This document shows positions 28,840 to 37,984 of a DNA stretch of 64,000 bases, one piece after another. A model generated the notes under the pieces. It saw nothing but the letters and a program-made list of their open reading frames with translations, was not told the origin of the DNA and did no database searches. Every line of letters starts with the position of its first letter. The stretch's first letter is position 1. The position numbers and the translations under genes were made by a program. Origin of the DNA: a virus; the IMG/VR virus record IMGVR_UViG_3300032286_000710, positions 64,001-128,000 of that record; one strand, 5' to 3'.

Positions 28840-31800
28840 ACTACTCCCGAATTTTCCTTTAGTCTTCCGCCGTCACCGGCAACTAATCTAGTTTTGACAA
28901 GGTTAAAAATCTCTTGTTTTACTTGAGATGTTACAGCCTTTAATAAACCGCCATCATTTAGGTTAATATTTACGTTTGTAGAATCTAACTTGATAGTGAT
29001 CTTACTATCCCTTAAAGACTCAACATTCTTAGATAATTCTCTATTGAAATTTTCAAGGGCGGTAGCAAAGTTTGACATTCCTTGGCTTTGCTGTTCTGGA
29101 CCATTACTACCTTGACCTCTATATCTAACCACGCCACCGCTTGCCATAAGGGCTGTGCCACCACTACTAGATACACCTCCAAGCCCACTATTCATCGCTT
29201 GTAATATTTGTAAATTATTGCCCCGCTGGACTGCACCCCTATTTACTACAAATTCACCGGGAGTTAGCATCGCTGGGATAGTATCAGTTCCGCGAGGCAC
29301 GAAAATACCACGACTTGCATATACCATGCCACCTCTAGACATTGCTTTTTGGTCTTCTATTGCTTGAGCCTCTGCCGCAGCCTTATTACCCTTGGCCATA
29401 ACCTCCTTAAACTTCAAATCAGCACTATTTACATTAATTGTGGCTGTTTCAACTTGCATTTCGGCCATTTGAGTTCCCATATTGCCAGTTTCGCCTAGCA
29501 TTCCACCTAATTCACGAAGCCTAGCCTTACTAGCCTCTTCTTCTGCGGTAGTTCCAGCCATAACTTGGGCGGCTCTCATGTCTGTTACACCCCTAGATGA
29601 TAAAGCAGCATTGGCAGCAGTTTCTGATAGACCACCAGCACCAGCTAATTGCTGACCATATAAACTTTGAACGCCAGCTTCTTGTTGACGTTGAATATCT
29701 TGAGATGCCATTCCAAGAGCATCAGCACCATAAAGATTTTGTAATCTGGTATCACCACTAGCTATAGCAGCGGTAGCACCAACGGCAGATTGCTTCTTGA
29801 AAAAATCTTCTACATCTCCCTTAATAAGAGATTCCATAGAATCTTTTTCAAGTTTATTCTTTTCTTGAGTAATCTTAAGTTGTTCTTCTTCTAGCTTGAT
29901 TAAGCCCCTAATGGTATCAATTTGTGTTTTGTATGCTTTCTGTAGATCTTTTTGTGCTTCATCTGCTTCAACGCCAGATCTCTTTTCCATACCGCCCTGC
30001 TGAGTTCTTCTTCCTTCTATATTAGAGAATCCTGCCATAATCTCAGCATTTCTTCTTCTTAAATCTCCAACATCTCCACTCTTCATATTTGTTAATCCTA
30101 GTCTGCTGCTTTCAACATTAGACTTAGCTAACAAATTATCTTTTCTCTCTCGTCCAGTAACGGCTTGACCGCCATACTTACCTTGAATTTCTCTACCTTC
30201 CATCACAAGATCAAGAGCTTCTTGTTGTGCTGCTACAAGATTTCTCTCAGAATCAATTCTCTTCTTGGTAAAGTCAATTAATACCTGTTCTGCTTTTGCC
30301 CTTTCTTGAGAAATTTTCATTATGGGTTCAAGCATTTTTTGCTGAGATTCAGTGAGCTTATCTCCAAAAGCACTTAAATCTCCACCAATTATCTTATCTA
30401 CATCACCCGGTTCTAATTCTAATGATTGTATAACTTTCTTGAGGTTTTCTTTTGCTTCACCATTTCCCATATCTTTAGTTAATTCTTCTGCAAATTTATC
30501 CTTTAGCTTATTAGCATTTAAACCCTTAAAATCTTCAGCTTTCATTGACTTTTTGATATTGGCAAATGCTTGAGTATAATTAGACTGAGCTTTAGTAAAT
30601 GCAGCAACATTGCCTTCAAACTTTTGAATATATTTTTCAGAAGATCCAAACTCTCTAAGATTATCTGAAACTCCCTTTACAGCACTTTGGATTTCACCAG
30701 AATCCATAGCCTGTGCAGCACTACTCATTGCTGATTGTAAAAACTCAACGTCATTTACGAATGATGATCCGCCCACTTCTAAACCGGCAGAGAATTTACT
30801 CATGCTAGCTGATAATGCAGTAGCGGTTGCTGTTGCAGAACGTAAACCAAGATTTAAGGCATTATATAATTCTTTCTGACGTTTAACTTCTTTTTCTATA
30901 TTCTCTATTTCTTTATTAACTTGTTTTAACTGTTCTTCCATTTGAGCAGCAGCGGCAAAAGCTGCTTTAGCTCCTTGTTCATCTCCCTTTAATGCTAAGT
31001 CTCTACCTAATGCTTGTTGAGATTTCATTCCAGCCAATAAGCCTTTAGTGGCTTCGGCTTTAACCTCATTTGTACTTTTACCCCTAGCTACTCCAGATCT
31101 AATAGCGGCTTGTCTAGCTGGAGCTTCAATATTAAAAGCTTCTTGCTGTTGCTTGGCGGCTGAGTTTATTTGATCTGCACTTTCTTTTCCTAATCTTGTA
31201 TTACGCGCCCCCGTAGTCTCCATAAATGGATTTAAACCACCTAAAGCTCCAACATTTCTTAGAAAACCACTATCACTATAAGCATTTGATCTATTTTTGA
31301 CATTTTCTTTCGCAAATGAAGAAGCCCGATCCATTTGAGCATTTGCTTCTCCGCTTTTAGCTCTAATCTTTGCCAAAGCATCAGAAGCTGAAATAGTTCC
31401 TTTTTCAAAATCGCTCATTGCTTCTGTAGAAACTTTTTGAGCTTCTTCTAATGACTTTTGAGTTTTTACCGCTCCAGCTTGGGCTGCGGCTAACGCTACA
31501 ACGCTATCAGTTGTTGTTAAAAATGATTGACTAGCGTTAATAAGACCAACGCTAAAACCAACAATAGCACCAGCTGCTGCACCCACCGCTGTTCCTAGAA
31601 CCGGAATAATACTACCAATAGCAGCACCAGCCGCTGTTGCTGATAATACTCCACCAGCACCACCGGCACCTTTTTCAAAATTTGCTTTTTCAAGGGCAAC
31701 CTTTTTAGCACCTTCTACGTCGCCTGATTCTATAGATTTTTTTAATCTACCATCAAAATTGTAAATACTTTCTGCAACAATCTTAAAAGCTTCTTGAGCA

Positions 31801-34800
31801 AGGTATGCACCACCAGCAATAGCGAGTAATGGGCCAGCCAGTTGAGTTACAGCATTAACAGTTTTCATAATGGCTACAGATGAATCTCTGCCAAATCCCA
31901 ATCCTTGAGATGCGCTAAGAATACCTTTTTTAGCACCTGTACCTAAACCACTACCGCCAAAAAATTTCATAATAGACTGCGATTTTAATTCTATGCCAAA
32001 GGCTTGTAAAGCAAATAATACTCCAGCTAGCGTAGTTACAATTCCAAGAAAAGAATGTGATAATTTAGTCAAAGCAGATGAGTTTTCGTCAAGGGGAGGA
32101 AGCATGGCTTGTAATGACGCTGTAACCATTGATACAGCAATAGCTGCTCCACCAATATCTTTTGGCATCATTCCACCTAAACCGCCAGAGCTTGGGCTTT
32201 GAGATTGCCTTTCACGATTTTTAATTCTAGCTTGGGTATAAGATTGTTGTCTATCTGCTTCTCTAAAATTAGATTGAGTGCCACCCTGTAATGTAGAAGT
32301 TACGGCGGTAGTTGCAGCTTGTTTATTGGATTTAGCTTGTGCTATTAAAGCACTTTGCCTATCCATCAACTGGGTTTGTTTGTCTATAGTTACTGCGTGT
32401 TTTTTCTTTATACCTTCTAATTTTTGTTCTTCAGCAATAGCTTTCTTATCTATTTCAATCCTTTTCGACTCAGCATCAATTTTCATCTTAAGGATTTTAT
32501 TAGCGGCTGGACCAGTTGCAGCTGCTTTTCCTTGTTGTGCGGCTAGAGTTGCTAGCACTTTGTCGTAATTGCTAATTCTTCCATCTAAAGCCGAAGATTC
32601 TTGATATAAAGCATTAGTAATCTTACCTTGTTTGTCTAATGAGGTAGATAATATTTTGAGATAATTACCAGTTTTTTTCATTTCTTGGGATGTGGCAGCA
32701 ATTTCACTCTGAATTGCTTTATTATCAGCTAATCCAGAAATACTAGATTTAACACTACTAGATGTTACCCCACCCCCAGCAGCAAAGTGTTGAACAACTC
32801 CACCGCTAGCATATTTGCCAACTTTATTCATCCTATTTAACGCACCGTAACCAATCTTTTGTGCAGATGATCTATTAACAACAAACTCACCGGGAGTTAA
32901 TAAGGCGGGAACTGTGTCAGTACCAACTCCACCACCAGCTGCAAATTCACGGCGACCTTCATAGTCACGCATAGTCTTGCCTCGTACAGCTAAAGATGAG
33001 GCTATTCTGTTCTGATTATTAGCTTGATTTTGCTGCCATCTTCCATAAGCTGCGGACTGTGGTGGCTTATATGTTGTAAGCCATTTTGGGGGTTTAATGC
33101 TACCTTTTCCACCCCAACTGGTATATATAAAATCTCCCCTATCGTTTCTTGAAGTAAATAAATCGATAGCATCTTTTTCGCTTAGAGATGGATTACCCTG
33201 CAATTCTCTCATTGCTTTAACAACGTCAGAAGCTAAATATTTTTCAGTTCCTTGATTTATTACTTCTCCACCTTCTGCAAACTTTTGAATAAGGCCACCA
33301 AGATGTGCTTGTACTGCTTTTTTACCTTTAAAAGCGTCTATAGTTCTGGGCATCACAGATTTTTCTGAAGACATTGGCCCCATAAATTCTGTTTGATTAT
33401 TTATTAATCTTATATAATCATCAAATACGTCTAATGCTAATTGATTATTAATTTTTTTGGTAAATTCATCTGAAGAAATATTAGTTCCTCTATGCCCCGG
33501 ACTAACTTTAGCATCTACATAATTTATACCAGCTAAATTTCTATACATGCTACCTATTGGTCTAACACCTCTAGTAAAATCGAATGGTCTTCTAGATTCA
33601 GATCCAGAAATAGGCTTATCATTAAATGAATCTAAAATAATTTCAAATAAAGATCCAATTAAACCTTTTGGCAAAGATTTTCTAAAATCTTCTGTAAATG
33701 TTGGTGGAGAAGCTCCAGATACACCCATGCTATTAGCAAGTTGACCAGCACTTTGAATTACGGCATTTTCTATTGCTGGACCAAGAGCATTATTAAATGC
33801 TTGGTATTCATCTTTAGTTACCCCTTCTGCTTTGGTCTGATAAATTTTAGAACCAAAACCAAGAGCTTGAGACATTATTGCATCTAATTGCCCTTTTGGG
33901 GTATTACCGCTATATCTTTGTAATAAACTAGAATTACCAAGAGGAGGAATGCCGGGAGTAGCGGTCAATACGCTTCTAGCATTTACGGAAGCTGATCCAT
34001 TTATGGCAGTAGCTGTATCTGGCTTTTGATTGTTTAATAAATCGCCTACAGCCATACCTGCATTACTTTGAGTAGCTATTCCTCCAGCTGCATATCGGTT
34101 ATTATTCATAGCAGCTAGTGTTCCAGCACCCATCTTATTAACGCTACTCTTGCGTATAACGAACTCGCCGGGAGCTAACATTGCTGGCACAGTATCGCCA
34201 TTACCACTACCGGGAACTAATCCGCCCCTAGCAAACCCAAGAACTTTACCGCCCTTATTATATGTTCTGCCAGAAGCAGCACCGCTCATCATACCACCAA
34301 AGAAACTACCCATACCCTTAACTAGTTTAAATGCTGTTAAAGCAGCAAGCATTGGTAATAGGGGCTTGATAGAATCTCCGATTTTAATTAATGCTGAAGC
34401 TAATGATAATGCTGTATTTGCCATCACTTGGAAAGTAGAAGTTTCAGTAATACTACGTACTAATGCCAAGAATTCTTCTTTAACTTTCATTATTCTAATC
34501 GCAAGTGCCGCTTGTGAAGATGCAGCATCTTGAGTTAAAGAATCGCCCGCCTTCATTGCAACATTAAGCGCAGATTGAGCAGTAGAAAATTGCTGTAACA
34601 GTGGAAGAACTTTACCAATCTGTCTGAATCCACCAAGCTCTTCTGCAATTCTAATGAAAGTAGTATCACCTTCACCAAGTCCAGCTAGTGCTTCGCTTAG
34701 TTTTTTAATAGCCTCATATGGGCCAACGAACTTACCATTCAAGTCTACAAGCTCAACACCAAATTGTTTTAAGAACTCAATAGTCTTGGGTCGCTGAATA

Positions 34801-35606
34801 CGTGTGAAAATAGTACGTAAACCAGTACCAATACTTTCAGCACTTTCTCGGGTTGTGGCTCTTACACTAGTAAATAATGCAAGAAGTTCATTAAGATCAC
34901 CACCAGATGCTTTGAACACACCGCCCGTTCTACGAATAACGTCAATTAAGTCACCAGCTTCAACGGCGAAAGCACCAGCAACAGCATTAATAGAGCCTAA
35001 TTGTTTTTCTAATGATCCAACCCCCTCTTTGAATTGAGCTAGAACAGCAATAGCACCTTCGGCTGTTTCTGTTATACTATCAAAGTTTGGAGCTAATGCA
35101 GACTTTGCTAAAGTCTTTAAAGCTACCGCTGTATCTTCAGCACTTAAACCAGCTTGGGCCAAGATAGTAGAAACATTAAGTAAATCAGAAGACGCAACAC
35201 CAAAACCAGTAGATAAATCAGTAATCTGTTTAGTTAGTCCACGAAGCTGAGTCAAACTTTTTCCAGTGACCTGAGAGACTTTAATTAATTGTCTCTCAAA
35301 GTCAATGGATGTTTGAACAGCGTCACTAAGAGTGCTAGTGAATAAACCAACCGCCCTTGTGGCAATAGAAAAGGCAGCAAAACGCCTAATGGATAGAGCA
35401 AATGCTTTACCCATGCGTTCTGCTGCTGTTGTTGCTTGATTAGTTGCTTGAGCTACTTGCTGAATTTGTTTTTGAGCTTGTCCAGCATTCTGGACTTGTA
35501 TGTTAACACTAACGCCATTTAACTGGCTTTGTATTTGTTGTACAACTTGCTTAACATTATTCGGGGCTTGTAACTGTAATTGTGCGGTCAGTACGAATTT
35601 GGACAT
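28836..35606 (-). CDS. Tail tape measure protein (TP901-like core) with inserted modules
   Basis: FERQLIKVSQV..LAQAG..ESAESIGTGLRTIFTRI core, Ala/Gln/Lys-rich helical body, three GxDT(V/I)PA(M/L)LxPGEFV motifs; AAAGGAG RBS. Confidence 0.92.
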   Translation of the reverse strand: MSKFVLTAQLQLQAPNNVKQVVQQIQSQLNGVSVNIQVQNAGQAQKQIQQVAQATNQATTAAERMGKAFALSIRRFAAFSIATRAVGLFTSTLSDAVQTSIDFERQLIKVSQVTGKSLTQLRGLTKQITDLSTGFGVASSDLLNVSTILAQAGLSAEDTAVALKTLAKSALAPNFDSITETAEGAIAVLAQFKEGVGSLEKQLGSINAVAGAFAVEAGDLIDVIRRTGGVFKASGGDLNELLALFTSVRATTRESAESIGTGLRTIFTRIQRPKTIEFLKQFGVELVDLNGKFVGPYEAIKKLSEALAGLGEGDTTFIRIAEELGGFRQIGKVLPLLQQFSTAQSALNVAMKAGDSLTQDAASSQAALAIRIMKVKEEFLALVRSITETSTFQVMANTALSLASALIKIGDSIKPLLPMLAALTAFKLVKGMGSFFGGMMSGAASGRTYNKGGKVLGFARGGLVPGSGNGDTVPAMLAPGEFVIRKSSVNKMGAGTLAAMNNNRYAAGGIATQSNAGMAVGDLLNNQKPDTATAINGSASVNARSVLTATPGIPPLGNSSLLQRYSGNTPKGQLDAIMSQALGFGSKIYQTKAEGVTKDEYQAFNNALGPAIENAVIQSAGQLANSMGVSGASPPTFTEDFRKSLPKGLIGSLFEIILDSFNDKPISGSESRRPFDFTRGVRPIGSMYRNLAGINYVDAKVSPGHRGTNISSDEFTKKINNQLALDVFDDYIRLINNQTEFMGPMSSEKSVMPRTIDAFKGKKAVQAHLGGLIQKFAEGGEVINQGTEKYLASDVVKAMRELQGNPSLSEKDAIDLFTSRNDRGDFIYTSWGGKGSIKPPKWLTTYKPPQSAAYGRWQQNQANNQNRIASSLAVRGKTMRDYEGRREFAAGGGVGTDTVPALLTPGEFVVNRSSAQKIGYGALNRMNKVGKYASGGVVQHFAAGGGVTSSSVKSSISGLADNKAIQSEIAATSQEMKKTGNYLKILSTSLDKQGKITNALYQESSALDGRISNYDKVLATLAAQQGKAAATGPAANKILKMKIDAESKRIEIDKKAIAEEQKLEGIKKKHAVTIDKQTQLMDRQSALIAQAKSNKQAATTAVTSTLQGGTQSNFREADRQQSYTQARIKNRERQSQSPSSGGLGGMMPKDIGGAAIAVSMVTASLQAMLPPLDENSSALTKLSHSFLGIVTTLAGVLFALQAFGIELKSQSIMKFFGGSGLGTGAKKGILSASQGLGFGRDSSVAIMKTVNAVTQLAGPLLAIAGGAYLAQEAFKIVAESIYNFDGRLKKSIESGDVEGAKKVALEKANFEKGAGGAGGVLSATAAGAAIGSIIPVLGTAVGAAAGAIVGFSVGLINASQSFLTTTDSVVALAAAQAGAVKTQKSLEEAQKVSTEAMSDFEKGTISASDALAKIRAKSGEANAQMDRASSFAKENVKNRSNAYSDSGFLRNVGALGGLNPFMETTGARNTRLGKESADQINSAAKQQQEAFNIEAPARQAAIRSGVARGKSTNEVKAEATKGLLAGMKSQQALGRDLALKGDEQGAKAAFAAAAQMEEQLKQVNKEIENIEKEVKRQKELYNALNLGLRSATATATALSASMSKFSAGLEVGGSSFVNDVEFLQSAMSSAAQAMDSGEIQSAVKGVSDNLREFGSSEKYIQKFEGNVAAFTKAQSNYTQAFANIKKSMKAEDFKGLNANKLKDKFAEELTKDMGNGEAKENLKKVIQSLELEPGDVDKIIGGDLSAFGDKLTESQQKMLEPIMKISQERAKAEQVLIDFTKKRIDSERNLVAAQQEALDLVMEGREIQGKYGGQAVTGRERKDNLLAKSNVESSRLGLTNMKSGDVGDLRRRNAEIMAGFSNIEGRRTQQGGMEKRSGVEADEAQKDLQKAYKTQIDTIRGLIKLEEEQLKITQEKNKLEKDSMESLIKGDVEDFFKKQSAVGATAAIASGDTRLQNLYGADALGMASQDIQRQQEAGVQSLYGQQLAGAGGLSETAANAALSSRGVTDMRAAQVMAGTTAEEEASKARLRELGGMLGETGNMGTQMAEMQVETATINVNSADLKFKEVMAKGNKAAAEAQAIEDQKAMSRGGMVYASRGIFVPRGTDTIPAMLTPGEFVVNRGAVQRGNNLQILQAMNSGLGGVSSSGGTALMASGGVVRYRGQGSNGPEQQSQGMSNFATALENFNRELSKNVESLRDSKITIKLDSTNVNINLNDGGLLKAVTSQVKQEIFNLVKTRLVAGDGGRLKENSGVV

Positions 35607-35639
35607 GATTCTCCTTTACTGATGCCACACAACTCTATC

Positions 35640-36518
35640 TCATTCACTATCCGTTGCTGTTGACTTCTTTTTCTTAGTGGGTTTTTCTGTTTCTTCTGCT
35701 TTTACTTCTTTATCCTCATCGTCTACATATGTTACGGTAGGAATATAGTTACCATTTTCGTCAAGAACATTGCCATCTTTATCTACTCTTTGACCTTGAT
35801 CATTGAGCCAATATCCTTGATTATCTATTCTTCGCCCATCTGTATCTACGGTTTCGCCCTTATCGTTTACCAAGCTTAGATTATCGTCCACAAAGTGGAA
35901 CATTTTAAGGAACTTATTCTCTGGTAGTTTGGCCTCAAAGTCCTTATCTACAGAATACATCATACCAGCTAAACTAGAAGCTGCACTAAAAGCGATCTGA
36001 TCGTCGGATCTTTCCTTATAGTCATCTAGATCATTATACACTTTCTGTCCATTTTGATAAAAAGCAGAATTTGCCACAAGGTAGTCAAACCTGACATTAT
36101 CGGAAATGGATTCTGCGGTGTTTTGCTCAAGACTCATTTTTTCAGCAATTAAGTCTCTAAGCTCATTTCTCTTAATTCTCATTTGAATAGCAATGTTCTT
36201 GCCCTCAGAAGCCTTAAGCTTTTTGCCACCACTACCACTAACGTAGAGTTTTCTTTCAAGATTTGAAATCTCTTGAATTACCTTCTTCTGCTCTTCGTCT
36301 TTGCCCTCGTCCCAAATGCCCTGCTCTTTCATGAACTTTTCAAGTTCCTTTTTGGTCATAATTCCTTCACGAACACAATCGGTCCAAGCCTTTGCTCCAA
36401 CTCTTTGGGCAGAAGAAATTAATGAACTACTGGGGCGTTTGACTACAATCTTTACGGCTTCTTCTTTTCCGTCTTTGGTAATCTTTACATCAACGATCTT
36501 TTCCTTATCCTGTGACAT
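35640..36518 (-). CDS. Putative tail assembly chaperone (paralog A)
   Basis: Directly upstream of the TMP; GGAGG RBS favours ATG at 36518; acidic; similar to 36870..37913. Confidence 0.55.
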   Translation of the reverse strand: MSQDKEKIVDVKITKDGKEEAVKIVVKRPSSSLISSAQRVGAKAWTDCVREGIMTKKELEKFMKEQGIWDEGKDEEQKKVIQEISNLERKLYVSGSGGKKLKASEGKNIAIQMRIKRNELRDLIAEKMSLEQNTAESISDNVRFDYLVANSAFYQNGQKVYNDLDDYKERSDDQIAFSAASSLAGMMYSVDKDFEAKLPENKFLKMFHFVDDNLSLVNDKGETVDTDGRRIDNQGYWLNDQGQRVDKDGNVLDENGNYIPTVTYVDDEDKEVKAEETEKPTKKKKSTATDSE

Positions 36519-36533
36519 GGTTTCCTCCACTTA

Positions 36534-36866
36534 TTAGTTATTAGGGTTAATTACGGGTATCTTCATCTGATATCTTGTCCACTCAATTTCATATTGAGCT
36601 AATTCTGCATCAATATTTCGTGCTTGATTATTTCCTCGGTCAAGTATTTCTGACCTGACTTTATTATATAAATTTTTCATTACTTCTTGGTCTTTTGTTA
36701 GCGGACTTCCAGATTCGTTAGTCCACAAAAAACTAAAGTTTTCTTCTAGTGTGCTTAAAGCACCTATCATAGTAGTCTGTATTTTCTTTTTGAGAATCTT
36801 AGATAACCTATCTCTTGAGTCAGCTTTATATTTTGATTCTCTTGTTTTCTTATAGTCTGGTTCCAT
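36534..36866 (-). CDS. Hypothetical protein in the chaperone region
   Basis: 110-aa ORF with GGAGG RBS. Confidence 0.6.
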   Translation of the reverse strand: MEPDYKKTRESKYKADSRDRLSKILKKKIQTTMIGALSTLEENFSFLWTNESGSPLTKDQEVMKNLYNKVRSEILDRGNNQARNIDAELAQYEIEWTRYQMKIPVINPNN

Positions 36867-36869
36867 ATT

Positions 36870-37913
36870 TTATCCTCCCATTTTTCCTCTCATTTGATTA
36901 GTAGTCATCATTTCTATATTACGTCTTTGATCTGGCAAGTTTTGATCTTCTACGTATCCCTTCTTTTGAATTACTGCATCTCTTTGTTTTTTAATTGCCT
37001 TACCAAGTGGATCATTCATATCGTGAATTTTATTTATTCTCTTATTATCATTAGAAACTATAAATACTTCTGATGAATTCTTTATTCTTTCATTTTTTGT
37101 ATCATTCTCAAATTCTTTTTCTACTCTATCTTTTTCTCGTTTTTGGTGCTGAACTATAAACCAACCATCTAGCATATCATCATCTTCTATTACTTCTTTA
37201 TTTGGACACTCCATAGATTCTTGAATATTATCATACATTTGCGACCAAACTAAAAGATTTTTTTGGTTATATGTTAATTCTGTGCTTGAAGGATTGGCAA
37301 ATAGCGGAGATCCAGAATTTTCTCTAGTTATCCATACAGATTTCCAAGGATCATTTCTAGCTAATTCTCTAGACTTATTTTCTGGTATAAAATGAGACTG
37401 CCATTCATCTACAACATATTGCAACGACAATTCTTCAAAATTATAGAGCTTACCATTGAAGTATGTCGTATTTTTTACTATCCAAGCTAATCTTTCCGCA
37501 GAGGCAACGCCTTCGCATGTATTTTGATGATATATATACTTTTTATTTAAATGTGCCGTTAATTGTGATTCACCGGCTCGTATATATTTTCTTATATTAT
37601 TAGCTAATGTGTCATTATCCCTAGCGTTGTAGATTTCTACTTTTAATCTCTCAATATCTTTTTTGAATCCTTCCTCTCTTTTATTATCATGCATAGTCCA
37701 TAATTCATTTTCCATCATCCACTGATCCATATCCTCTTCTGTCATTATCTCTTCAGAATAAGCCTTATCATAAGCCTCTTTATATATTAGACAAGATTTA
37801 AAAGATTGATCAAGTGTTAACGGGCATATTTCTAATTCTATGTCCTTGTGCTTTATAAATACCTTTCCAGATCTTATCATAGAAATAAAAAACTCCCGCT
37901 CATGATGTTTCAT
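36870..37913 (-). CDS. Putative tail assembly chaperone (paralog B, GT-like extension)
   Basis: Follows the tail tube gene; its N-terminal half aligns by eye with 35640..36518. Confidence 0.55.
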   Translation of the reverse strand: MKHHEREFFISMIRSGKVFIKHKDIELEICPLTLDQSFKSCLIYKEAYDKAYSEEIMTEEDMDQWMMENELWTMHDNKREEGFKKDIERLKVEIYNARDNDTLANNIRKYIRAGESQLTAHLNKKYIYHQNTCEGVASAERLAWIVKNTTYFNGKLYNFEELSLQYVVDEWQSHFIPENKSRELARNDPWKSVWITRENSGSPLFANPSSTELTYNQKNLLVWSQMYDNIQESMECPNKEVIEDDDMLDGWFIVQHQKREKDRVEKEFENDTKNERIKNSSEVFIVSNDNKRINKIHDMNDPLGKAIKKQRDAVIQKKGYVEDQNLPDQRRNIEMMTTNQMRGKMGG

Positions 37914-37936
37914 ATAGACATCTCACAAGCGGGAGC
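37887..37936 (-). terminator. Terminator/attenuator hairpin enclosing the start codon of the downstream gene
   Basis: GCTCCCGCTTGT-GA-GATGT / loop CTATATGAA / ACATC-ATGAGCGGGAGT, followed by a T run. Confidence 0.7.
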
Positions 37937-37984
37937 ATTTATTTTGTTTTCCTTTTGAATCCTAATAATCAGCTAATTTATGTA

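Noticed and set aside
29155-35037. Multiple short + strand ORFs within the tape measure gene
   Set aside because: Antisense shadows of Ala/Gly-rich coding sequence.
35640-37913. Programmed -1 frameshift in the tail chaperone region
   Set aside because: No convincing XXXYYYZ site near the ORF ends, and the two downstream ORFs have their own GGAGG RBS. Not exhaustively excluded.
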